From a virus: a stretch of 64,000 bases of DNA. The notes under the pieces were generated by a model, which made no database searches, was not told the origin of the DNA, and worked only from the letters and a program-made list of their open reading frames with translations. The stretch is from positions 32,001 to 96,000 of the IMG/VR virus record IMGVR_UViG_3300007511_000007; one strand, 5' to 3'. Of the stretch, positions 45,073-53,718 are shown piece after piece; position 1 is the first letter of the stretch, and each line of letters opens with the position of its first letter. Both the position numbers and the translations under genes were made by a program.

Positions 45073-46223
45073 TAGACCAACCACATCAACATGCTCAAGT
45101 AGTGATCCTGCCCCCGGGTTTCCTCAACCCGGACCCAACCCCCCTGCTTCCGAGGACGGATATCGAATCGAACATTGTCGTTCTCAGATTTCGACAACAA
45201 CTTCAAGAGGGCTTCCGCATCTACAATGAGGCCGTCCTTGGGGAGATCGGGCACACCTTCATCGCTCCCCGAATCCATGAACTCCAATCCGATCTCTGCC
45301 ATGTCCCCGGTACTACGATCAATCATCCCAAGAAGCAATTCCCCGTCTTTCTCATGAAGATGGAGCTTCGTGTCTCCCTCCTTCCTGAACGGCATCAAGT
45401 AGAAGATCGAATTCGTCATCCCTTCTCGGGAAACGACCCACCAATGAACTTCGCCGCCCTGCCCCAAAGTCAAGGTCGGGAACTTGCTAGGCGGTTTCGC
45501 CTCCCCCAGGAGCGCACCATCGTTGCGACGGAAGATCGCATACCGCTCATGCTCCAACACTTCGACATCGGAGTCCCCGCAAAGACCCATGAAGTTCTCT
45601 ATGGTCGTGACATCCTTACCCTGCATCCGCAGAGACCCTTTTTCCGTCCCTGGCAACGTCACAACAGTTGCGATCTTTTTGTCCGTCGCATAGAAGACCC
45701 CCTTGCGCAACTCTGTCACACAAAACGCCGGGGTCTTTGTCTCCTCCGTGGAGATGAAGGTCTTGAGGAAAGCCATAGCACTTTTCAGACGGGGTGCCTC
45801 GACCGCCATCGTCAACTTGGACTCTTCTACCAGTTTATCCCAACTGAAGAAATCTTCGGGGTCCAGAGACTCAAAGTTCATGGGACGGCGGGACTTGGTT
45901 CTTTGTGTCGTGACCTTGACCAGAGCTTCATCTGCATCGTAGGAGAACTCCATGGGGGCTTCTCCGTACACGAAATTGATCCATTGGTTCATCGTCGAAG
46001 CGGAAAGAGTGAAGGGTACAAACTCACCCTCAATGGTTCCCTTGAGGGGTGCCCGACTGAACATCCTGCCACTCTGGGACAAAATCTCTACCTTGTCTTT
46101 TGATCCCGGCCGCAATCGAAACAGGTAATGGCGTCGAATTTCCTCGGAGGAGGTTGAAGACACCGTCAGCCCAACCACTTTCAATGCGTCTACCAGGTCA
46201 TTCTTCTCAACTGTCAGTTTCAT
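45072..46223 (-). CDS. dnaN: DNA polymerase III beta sliding clamp-like protein (383 aa)
   Basis: MKLTVEKNDLVDAL..V N-terminus, ATD motif, three-domain size, C-terminal YLSMLM. Confidence 0.65.
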   Translation of the reverse strand: MKLTVEKNDLVDALKVVGLTVSSTSSEEIRRHYLFRLRPGSKDKVEILSQSGRMFSRAPLKGTIEGEFVPFTLSASTMNQWINFVYGEAPMEFSYDADEALVKVTTQRTKSRRPMNFESLDPEDFFSWDKLVEESKLTMAVEAPRLKSAMAFLKTFISTEETKTPAFCVTELRKGVFYATDKKIATVVTLPGTEKGSLRMQGKDVTTIENFMGLCGDSDVEVLEHERYAIFRRNDGALLGEAKPPSKFPTLTLGQGGEVHWWVVSREGMTNSIFYLMPFRKEGDTKLHLHEKDGELLLGMIDRSTGDMAEIGLEFMDSGSDEGVPDLPKDGLIVDAEALLKLLSKSENDNVRFDIRPRKQGGWVRVEETRGQDHYLSMLMWLV

Positions 46224-46497
46224 CTACATCCCCCTCAAACTGTTTCATGGCTGTTTCAGCCTTTTCAAGTTGCCCTTCCAGCTTGGTTACGGCTTTCCCG
46301 AGCATCCCCTCCAATCGGACAATCGTATCGTCGATCTTCTTTGGGTCGATGCCCTTCTTTTTGGCCTCTTCTTCGACTTGTTTCAAGCTATCTCTCGCAT
46401 GTTCCAGCCGCCCGGTAATTCGCTGTACCCCAGCAGCCAGATCATCCCTTTTCTGAATGGCCGTATCCAATCTGGCCGTCAATTCTTCTTGGCTCAC
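46207..46497 (-). CDS. Small coiled-coil protein (96 aa)
   Basis: GTG start with GAGGAGG RBS; heptad pattern. Confidence 0.7.
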   Translation of the reverse strand: MSQEELTARLDTAIQKRDDLAAGVQRITGRLEHARDSLKQVEEEAKKKGIDPKKIDDTIVRLEGMLGKAVTKLEGQLEKAETAMKQFEGDVDETDS

Positions 46498-46541
46498 TTC
46501 GTTCCTCCTCACAGAACTCTACCCCATTTCGGGAAATTCTG

Positions 46542-47459
46542 TTAAAACGTCAACTCGACGGGGCCATCAGCCCCATCAATCAAATCATCCACTTCCTTGG
46601 GTTTTCTCGCCCTCTTCTTCCGTTGCACCTGCCGTTCCGTGCAAACAGTTTCCCAATCACACCATTTGCAATACTTCGCTACCGGATTGGGATCAAACTT
46701 CTCCTTGTCCATCGCTTTGCGAGCCTCAATAGCCCTTTGCGCCAAGCCCTTGAGATCCTCTTTGGTGAACTCCACCCAATCGATCCCGCTTTCGACTTCA
46801 TCGCTGTTTTCAATGGCAGTCCCATAAGGATACCGATAGTAAATGAAGCCCAACCGGTCGGGGCTTTTCCCATAGGCCAGATTGAAGCAGAGGGCATACC
46901 ATCGGAGTTGGTCCGGGTCTGTGTACTTCCCCTTGGACATCGAATTCTTGCCGTCGTAGATGGAAACCCCACTATCGTCTCTTCGGATAATCAGGTCAGC
47001 ACGCCCCCCAATCGGAGTGTACTTGTTGACGAAACCAATCAGATCCACCTCTCCCTTGGCGTATGGCCCCAGAAGACGGTTGTGCTTCATGGTCTTCAAG
47101 TAACCCTCAACCCCACGCAAACAAACGTCATACAACTCATCCCGTGGCGGGCAGGTTCTGGCATCGAGATGGAAGTTTGCAGTCTCAATAACGAACACTT
47201 TGTCCAACTGCTCTACCATTCGCTTCTTGAGCTTTTTGGGATCTCGCCAGATCTCCTCATTGTACATCCACTCAATGACAGCCTGGATTACCGTCCCCAT
47301 GTACGCATGATGTTCTGAGCGTTTGAACGGCTTTGACTTGCGCTTACCCGGGCCATTCCCGAGATCAATAGTGCCCCACCCCCGAGACCACAAAAAGCGT
47401 TGGGGGCAGTTCTCATACGTATCTAGGCTTGACCAATAAAGCGTGAATTTCTTTGCCAT
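46542..47459 (-). CDS. PD-(D/E)XK RecB/AddB/Cas4-like exonuclease
   Basis: SSLDTYENCP, GRADL, IYDGK, QLRWYA, CKWC....C. Confidence 0.85.
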   Translation of the reverse strand: MAKKFTLYWSSLDTYENCPQRFLWSRGWGTIDLGNGPGKRKSKPFKRSEHHAYMGTVIQAVIEWMYNEEIWRDPKKLKKRMVEQLDKVFVIETANFHLDARTCPPRDELYDVCLRGVEGYLKTMKHNRLLGPYAKGEVDLIGFVNKYTPIGGRADLIIRRDDSGVSIYDGKNSMSKGKYTDPDQLRWYALCFNLAYGKSPDRLGFIYYRYPYGTAIENSDEVESGIDWVEFTKEDLKGLAQRAIEARKAMDKEKFDPNPVAKYCKWCDWETVCTERQVQRKKRARKPKEVDDLIDGADGPVELTF

Positions 47460-47490
47460 TTCTCTCCTCGCCTGCTCACTCTACTCCGAG

Positions 47491-48459
47491 TCAGGCGGTC
47501 TTCTCCAGATAAAGATACGCTTTCTCCCGAACATCCTCCGAGATCCCTGGCATCCCCCTCACGATATCTTTGAGACTCTCTCGATCTGTTGTCGTGAGGG
47601 CTGCTTGAATACTGTCGATAAATCCTTCCATCACCGCCGCTCTGGATTGCGTCCTTTCGCGCCCCTCCAGATCAAAAATTTCAGCGGCCGGAGCGGTCTG
47701 CAGAGGGACTTGATCTATTTCGCAAGCCGTTTTAGAGAACTTCAAGACGGCTACAGAAGGTGTCCGATCCACGTTGTCCTCGATCAAGGCTCCCCGAGAA
47801 ATTGATCCCACATTCACGGCGTACTTGCCGGGGGCGAATTCGTAGACTCCCTGATCCCGGTGCCAGTGCCCGAAAGCAAAAACCGAGGCCGGATGGTTCT
47901 TGAGGTCTCCGTACTTGATTATGTCTTCGCCCTGGAACATGGTGCCACCGGCTCGGCTGGCCAATAAATGCGCAACAACTACCAGGTGGTCTTCATCCTT
48001 CTTCTGGATTCTCCCGAGTCGTTCGAGATCATACTCTGCACCGTGATACGGAACTCCCACCACCCGCACCTTCAGACCGCTTCGATCCGTAAAGACTGCT
48101 TCGTGTTCATCATACAGTCGCTGAAAAACTCCCGTGGAGAACAGAACCCCCAGAGGTTGTCTGTCTATGAAGCTGTAATCGCCGTAAACGCAGTCATGGT
48201 TCCCCACACAACAAAACGTAGGGCATGGGTAGTTTGCATGGGTATCTGCTATCGCCCTGACCATCTCGTGGGAATTCCTGAATGGGGACTTGGTGTCAAA
48301 TACATCTCCCCCATCAAGCACGGCATCCGCTTTGTGCTGTTTTGCCAATCGCCCGATTTGGTCAAGCTTCCCCAGCAAGGTTTCCCGCCAATTGTCTTTG
48401 CGAGAACGAGGGGGCTTGTCCGAAATGTGGAGATCAGTCCTCCAAAGAAGTGTGATCAT
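47491..48459 (-). CDS. sbcD: SbcD/Mre11-like metallophosphoesterase nuclease
   Basis: DLH, GDVFD, GNHD, GHWH, NVGS. Confidence 0.88.
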   Translation of the reverse strand: MITLLWRTDLHISDKPPRSRKDNWRETLLGKLDQIGRLAKQHKADAVLDGGDVFDTKSPFRNSHEMVRAIADTHANYPCPTFCCVGNHDCVYGDYSFIDRQPLGVLFSTGVFQRLYDEHEAVFTDRSGLKVRVVGVPYHGAEYDLERLGRIQKKDEDHLVVVAHLLASRAGGTMFQGEDIIKYGDLKNHPASVFAFGHWHRDQGVYEFAPGKYAVNVGSISRGALIEDNVDRTPSVAVLKFSKTACEIDQVPLQTAPAAEIFDLEGRERTQSRAAVMEGFIDSIQAALTTTDRESLKDIVRGMPGISEDVREKAYLYLEKTA

Positions 48460-49675
48460 GCTCCTCCCCCACAGGTCGACTACAAGTTGGGCATACCGGT
48501 AGCAGTGCCAGCACTTCCTCTACCTCAGCATTTGCCTCATCCAACTCTTGCTGTTTGTTTTCCAATTCCCGTCCATTGAATCGGATCATATCAACTAGAA
48601 GCTTTTGATCCCCCTTCAACTGCTGAACAATCCCCAATGCCTTGGCCTGTTTCCGAGCCTGTTTCACAGAAAGCCCTTCAACCGTGTTCCGGAGATTATC
48701 CACCCCTGCCAACACCGCCTCCGTCTCCTTGGCATTCGTGTAACGTTGAGATAAATCACGCAGGGACGCCAGTTCCGCAGCAGTTTCCTGAACCTCTTGT
48801 ATCTCTGTCCTTGACGCCACTTCGACCTGTTCCACACCCTCAGTCGCTTCAACAACTGCCTGTGCCTCTACAAAACGTTGCTGCAACTCTTCCGCTTCTT
48901 TCAGCGCATCTTGTTGCTTGGCGAGTTCCTTCATTTCTTTACTGGACGGGACTTTGATCCCCTCAACAGGGACTAGGGAAGCTACCAACTCCTGCGCAGC
49001 CATAAGCTGGTCTCGGATCTTCTTGACCCCCCGCAAACCATTTTCGATTCGTTGAACCTCTTTGCTCTGTTTCTCGATCAAAGCCATCTGAGTAACCAAA
49101 TCGTCCAGGCCCTCGAAACTTTCCAACTCGGTTTCGGCTTCCCGCTCATCCTCGCGCCTTACCTTGAGCTTACTTGTCACGGCTCTTTTGTCACGGTCGG
49201 ATTCTCGCAAAGCCCGATTCAAATGACCCACCCGCTCAACATCGGCAATTGCTTCGGCCAAAACCGACCCCGGCTGATCCAGCAAAAAGACTGTCCCGGT
49301 AAACTGTTCCGCCACTTGAGGCCAGATTTCCCTGCCCGCAGCTTCGATGGGAACAACCCCGAAGGCTTTCACTTCATCAGGAACGCCTTTCCCAGGATGA
49401 ATCTCCTTACCGTTCACCGTATATTTGGGTTTGATCTTCTCCCCTTTCTCCCATTTGACGTGGTTCCCGTCGTCAAAGGTGATCTCCACGATGCACTTTT
49501 CAGCACCATGCCGCACAAAATTGTGCCCCGGGGTATTCGTGAAGACACCTTTGATAGCCCTCATCACAGTCGTCTTGCCAGCGTTGTTTGGCCCAGAAAC
49601 AACAGTCAACCCGTCGATCTCGACAGTGGCATCCTTGATAGCCTGAAAATCTCGTATTCTGACTGTGACAGCCAT
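48434..49675 (-). CDS. SbcC/Rad50 N-terminal half ending at a Zn hook
   Basis: IRDFQAI, Walker A GPNNAGKT, coiled coil, terminal CPTC; no Walker B. Confidence 0.85.
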   Translation of the reverse strand: MAVTVRIRDFQAIKDATVEIDGLTVVSGPNNAGKTTVMRAIKGVFTNTPGHNFVRHGAEKCIVEITFDDGNHVKWEKGEKIKPKYTVNGKEIHPGKGVPDEVKAFGVVPIEAAGREIWPQVAEQFTGTVFLLDQPGSVLAEAIADVERVGHLNRALRESDRDKRAVTSKLKVRREDEREAETELESFEGLDDLVTQMALIEKQSKEVQRIENGLRGVKKIRDQLMAAQELVASLVPVEGIKVPSSKEMKELAKQQDALKEAEELQQRFVEAQAVVEATEGVEQVEVASRTEIQEVQETAAELASLRDLSQRYTNAKETEAVLAGVDNLRNTVEGLSVKQARKQAKALGIVQQLKGDQKLLVDMIRFNGRELENKQQELDEANAEVEEVLALLPVCPTCSRPVGEEHDHTSLED

Positions 49676-49677
49676 CG

Positions 49678-50886
49678 CTATGTAATCTCCAACAATTCGT
49701 CTACTTCTGCGTCCGACTCAGGCTCCGAGACATCGGTATCGTCTGCGGCTTCAATCGCTTTGATTACCAATCCCCTGAGGATTTCGTACTTCCCCTTCTC
49801 GATGAGGAGTTTTTTGAAAGTGTCCCCCCCTTGCGCTTTCAACACTTCACCTTCAACTTCCCAATTAAGCCACGAACCACTCTGAACCACGATCTTGTAC
49901 GCTTTGGCGATCTCCATAATGGAACGGACATCGTCAATCCCAGTACCCCATTTCAAGTAAAACTCCATCTGAGATCCCTGAGACGTACTGACTTTGCACT
50001 TATCCAACTGTGAGCGAACTCTGCCGCCGACAACCCGTTCCTCGACTTTATGCGTCAGACGATTGCGGACTCGCCCTTTCTCCGATTTGACCCTGGCAAG
50101 GCTCATACGGACACAACTGTAATACTTCCAAACATCACCACCCTGGACATTTTTGCCGCCTGCGCCTCGTCCCATCGTACTGATCTTCTGACGACACTGC
50201 CCAATCGCAATGATGCTGGTTCCGGTGACCCCGATACGCTGTTTGATCTTGGGTACGAAAGACGACCACTTTGCAGCGATCAGGCCGACTCGTCCGATTT
50301 CCCCCTGTTCTTCAAGACTCTGATCGAAGATCGCTTTGGGGACTCCCGCCCCCACGGAATCGATCACAATCAAATGAACCCCACGGGACGCCGCCGCCCA
50401 CATGATTTTCATCCCGTCTTCAAGGGTATTCGGCTGGGCCAGAAGAAAACGATCCGGATCTTCAATCGGAACTCCCAATGCTTTTGCATAACTGGGAACG
50501 ATCTCGTTTTCCCAATCAATGTAAATGCACTGGCCACCCATCTGACAGACACTGGCCGCAGCCGTCAAAGCCATTGTAGTCTTGCCAGAAGTTTCATGAC
50601 CGTAGACCTGGACAATCCTCCCTCTCGGAATCCCGGGACACGGAGCAATCCCATATTGATTGGGCTGTCCTCCAATCTGATAGTCCAAAACGAATGACCC
50701 CGTGGAGAAGTGAGGAAGTGGCTTTTTCCAGACCGAGGCATCCAACTTGACCTCCCAATCCTTCCGCGGGAGCACTTTGTCTACGACATCTGCCAGTTGG
50801 GACAGTTTGCCACTTTTAGGTGACGGCCCCTTTTTGCCCTTCGCCTTTTTCCCTTTGGCCTTAGTTTTACCCTTATCCTTTGCCAT
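49678..50886 (-). CDS. recA: RecA recombinase
   Basis: STGS..LD, GIPRGRIVQVYGHETSGKTT, VIDSV, GGDVWKYY; start MAKDKG 50886. Confidence 0.93.
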   Translation of the reverse strand: MAKDKGKTKAKGKKAKGKKGPSPKSGKLSQLADVVDKVLPRKDWEVKLDASVWKKPLPHFSTGSFVLDYQIGGQPNQYGIAPCPGIPRGRIVQVYGHETSGKTTMALTAAASVCQMGGQCIYIDWENEIVPSYAKALGVPIEDPDRFLLAQPNTLEDGMKIMWAAASRGVHLIVIDSVGAGVPKAIFDQSLEEQGEIGRVGLIAAKWSSFVPKIKQRIGVTGTSIIAIGQCRQKISTMGRGAGGKNVQGGDVWKYYSCVRMSLARVKSEKGRVRNRLTHKVEERVVGGRVRSQLDKCKVSTSQGSQMEFYLKWGTGIDDVRSIMEIAKAYKIVVQSGSWLNWEVEGEVLKAQGGDTFKKLLIEKGKYEILRGLVIKAIEAADDTDVSEPESDAEVDELLEIT

Positions 50887-50887
50887 T

Positions 50888-51532
50888 TCAGTCCTCCGAC
50901 CACAGGAAGAATCTCTCGTCTTCTCGATACAACATACCCGAGCGAGTGATCTTTCCTGCTTTCTTGCCTCGCACATACGTGTGAATGTTAAGGAACTCTT
51001 TCTCTTCCACAGGAGTCAAATCCTCCCGTGAAAGGAGTCCATCATAGTACAACCAGAATCTCGCCGCCGAAGACGCCACCCAATAGGCATCAGCTTCGTT
51101 GTGGTTCCACCGCCCTTTACCGCCCGCCTGCGTTTTCGCTGCCTCTACCATATCAGGCTTGTTCATTTTCCAACCCTGCGGACGCTTCAGGAACTCCCTC
51201 GCATGAGCTTTCACCTGGGTCGGAGAGAAAAACACCGTATCCATTTTCTCAGTTCTCAAGGCTTCACAACAGTAGAGGAACAGGCCGTACATACCCTCTG
51301 AATAGAGATCGTTGAAGATCGGGTACTCGATCCCTACCCGGTCAGGCTTGTACTCCTGAAGCAGCTTTCTGAGTTCTTCCCGAAGATAAATGTAACGGTC
51401 AATGAAAAGAGAAGTGGGGAGGGTTTTGAAACGTCCACGAGCGATGCAAAGCCCCCTTCTCGTACTGGCCTCGGTATCGTAGATCGCCCATCCAAACTGT
51501 CTCAAAGATGGGTCGAATCCTGCGATAATCAC
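50888..51532 (-). CDS. RuvC-like Holliday junction resolvase
   Basis: IAGFDPS, GIE, NEADA. Confidence 0.85.
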   Translation of the reverse strand: MIIAGFDPSLRQFGWAIYDTEASTRRGLCIARGRFKTLPTSLFIDRYIYLREELRKLLQEYKPDRVGIEYPIFNDLYSEGMYGLFLYCCEALRTEKMDTVFFSPTQVKAHAREFLKRPQGWKMNKPDMVEAAKTQAGGKGRWNHNEADAYWVASSAARFWLYYDGLLSREDLTPVEEKEFLNIHTYVRGKKAGKITRSGMLYREDERFFLWSED

Positions 51533-51576
51533 CTGTTTCTCCGGTCACAAAAAGGCCAGTACGAAAGGGGAATCTT

Positions 51577-52299
51577 CTATTCGTCGTCAAGCACGTCGTC
51601 GATGATCCCTTCGAGATCTTCCACACTACCCGCGCTTTCAACAGGTGACGAAAGAGCCTCGCCCATCTTCTCCCGAAGCTGATCGAGAGTCAGGTCACGG
51701 GCGATGTCATTGGGCAGACTTTCCACCACTTCCTGTGCGCCAGCGATGATCTTCTCCACCAGAGCCTTTTTCTTGCTTCCAGCAGACAAGAGCTTGCGGA
51801 GCACGCTGTCCTTGGTGGGAGTGAACGTCATCTTCTGGAACTGGGCATCGGTGCAGTGGATAGCCAGATCGTGAGCACCCATCGGGAATTCCCGGTGGAC
51901 GCCTTTGATGGTTTCGTACTTGTCCGTGCTGAACGTCCAGGGCAACACCTTGAAATCCATCGACGCAATCTTGGCGGCATCGAGTTTCCCGTCGCTGCTC
52001 GTGGGCCACTGGACAATGGCAGTCGCAATTGAAGTCTTGGGCGGTTCACCACCACACTGCTTGGTGTACTCCGGTCCCTTGTTGAGGACGTAGCCCGCTC
52101 CGGGGACATAGTGCCTGCGGGCACCAATGAACTTGGGGGTGTCCGCATCCAGATCGGGAGTCCCTTCTTCCAAACCCGGCCACCACACAAAGGAAACACG
52201 GTACCGTTCATTCTCACGACCCTTGAACCGCTCCTTTTTGCCGGTGAACCCTTCGTCGCCCTGATCGAATCCCAAATCAACATAACCTTCGTTCGACAT
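51577..52299 (-). CDS. Putative gp32-like single-stranded DNA-binding protein
   Basis: Acidic C-terminal tail (IIDDVLDDE), position beside recA/ruvC, OB-like core; start MSNEG 52299. Confidence 0.55.
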   Translation of the reverse strand: MSNEGYVDLGFDQGDEGFTGKKERFKGRENERYRVSFVWWPGLEEGTPDLDADTPKFIGARRHYVPGAGYVLNKGPEYTKQCGGEPPKTSIATAIVQWPTSSDGKLDAAKIASMDFKVLPWTFSTDKYETIKGVHREFPMGAHDLAIHCTDAQFQKMTFTPTKDSVLRKLLSAGSKKKALVEKIIAGAQEVVESLPNDIARDLTLDQLREKMGEALSSPVESAGSVEDLEGIIDDVLDDE

Positions 52300-52374
52300 G
52301 TTCTTTCCTCCATTCATTCGGCGTGTCGTTGAATCTTTCCGTTTCTAAGACGTGCCAGTTATCATGTCATCCCT

Positions 52375-52397
52375 ATATACTCCAATTTGGAGTATAT
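52375..52397. promoter_or_regulatory. Perfect inverted repeat ATATACTCCA-att-TGGAGTATAT, operator/promoter-like
   Basis: 10-bp arms with a 3-nt spacer in the gap upstream of the SSB-RuvC-RecA-SbcCD run. Confidence 0.5.
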
Positions 52398-52413
52398 TGT
52401 TGTCTCTTTTTTC

Positions 52414-53283
52414 TCAGCCCTCGAAATTATCCAACAAAGTGTCCAAATCTGCCTCAACAACTTCTACCGAAGCCTCAACTTCGCCCTCCCCCTCTTCAGT
52501 ATCGATCTCGGTGAGGATATCATCTATGTCCTTCTCAGGCACATTCGTCGAAGTGAGCTTTTCACTCTCAGGTTCTTCAGGCTCTACTTCCTCCCCACCG
52601 ATTGGGGGGTAGTCCTTGTCCTTGCTCACTGGCAGATGCGTTTCCGCTTTGTCCATTCCCTCAATGAGTTCATCAATCTCATTAGCATCCGCAGCCGTTG
52701 CATGGCCTTGTCCGGGTTCCCACTCAGCTTGCTTGTCGCCGGGGAGCTTTGATCCCCATCTTGCCCCTAGTGTGATTTCTTCAAGACACACTTTGAATTG
52801 ATCCCGCAATCGTCCCTGTATGTCTTTGAGGTCTGTGCGTTTGGCACGAACAATCTTCAAAGTGGTGTCGAGGTCAGTGGAATTGGACTCCAACATGAAG
52901 ATTTGGTCAGCCAATGCCCGCAACTTCGTTTTTGCCGTTGCTTCCCGATCTGCAATGTTGCGCCCAGCCCTCACTTCGGGGTCATTTACAAACAGGCTGT
53001 CTTTCTGGATCTCGAATTTGAGTTTGGCGTTTCGATGGCGACGTTGTTGCTGATACAATTCTTGAGCGAGTTGGGTGAAGATCCGCTCACAACGGCTCAA
53101 TAGGAGTCGGGTTTGGGCGATCTTTTGATTCAGCCGTTTGGGGCCATACGCCAACGGGTCATCGTCTAACTCTATTTCCATTTCCATGAGTTCCGCATAC
53201 ACTTTTTCAATGCGTCGGAAATCTATGGGTTCAACCTTACTACCGTTCTCTTGCTCCGAGGTGGAACTAGGACTTGTCACCAT
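52414..53283 (-). CDS. Coiled-coil protein with acidic tail (possible UvsY-like mediator)
   Basis: Long heptad region; recombination context. The function is a guess. Confidence 0.5.
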   Translation of the reverse strand: MVTSPSSTSEQENGSKVEPIDFRRIEKVYAELMEMEIELDDDPLAYGPKRLNQKIAQTRLLLSRCERIFTQLAQELYQQQRRHRNAKLKFEIQKDSLFVNDPEVRAGRNIADREATAKTKLRALADQIFMLESNSTDLDTTLKIVRAKRTDLKDIQGRLRDQFKVCLEEITLGARWGSKLPGDKQAEWEPGQGHATAADANEIDELIEGMDKAETHLPVSKDKDYPPIGGEEVEPEEPESEKLTSTNVPEKDIDDILTEIDTEEGEGEVEASVEVVEADLDTLLDNFEG

Positions 53284-53656
53284 TCCCGTCTTCTCCTACA
53301 AGTTCCGCAAGCTGGAGCGCGTAGTTTCTTTTGATCCCGTCAATCATCTGGTCAGCCTGAGCGGGAGAGAGATTGCCATTGGACTTGGCGTTTCGATGGG
53401 CGGCGACATCAACCTGCAACCCCAACAGGCAAGTTGCAATCTGGGCGTCCTTGAGAGCCATCGCCTGCACCGGCACGCTATCCTCGACCATCTCTTCCAA
53501 ATCCTGCGTCCCATCGTTCTGGACCGTGTCCCACGCACAAGACCACCCGACAAAGTTGTCTCCCCGTGCGCCCTTGATTGAGCGGGTACAAACTACCTTC
53601 GTCACCCTCAAACGTTCCTTGATCATCTTGATTCGTTCTTTCGTTTCCTTTTTCAT
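53267..53656 (-). CDS. Hypothetical protein (129 aa)
   Basis: Start MKKETK with GGGGG RBS. Confidence 0.7.
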   Translation of the reverse strand: MKKETKERIKMIKERLRVTKVVCTRSIKGARGDNFVGWSCAWDTVQNDGTQDLEEMVEDSVPVQAMALKDAQIATCLLGLQVDVAAHRNAKSNGNLSPAQADQMIDGIKRNYALQLAELVGEDGNGDKS

Positions 53657-53718
53657 TACATCCCCCAGCGCAAGAAGCACAAAAGTGTCATCTATATCTA
53701 CTCCATTCCGCCAGTTTT

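Noticed and set aside
46542-47459. Cas4 as part of a CRISPR system
   Set aside because: No array or other cas genes are visible; the recombination context fits a stand-alone RecB-like nuclease.
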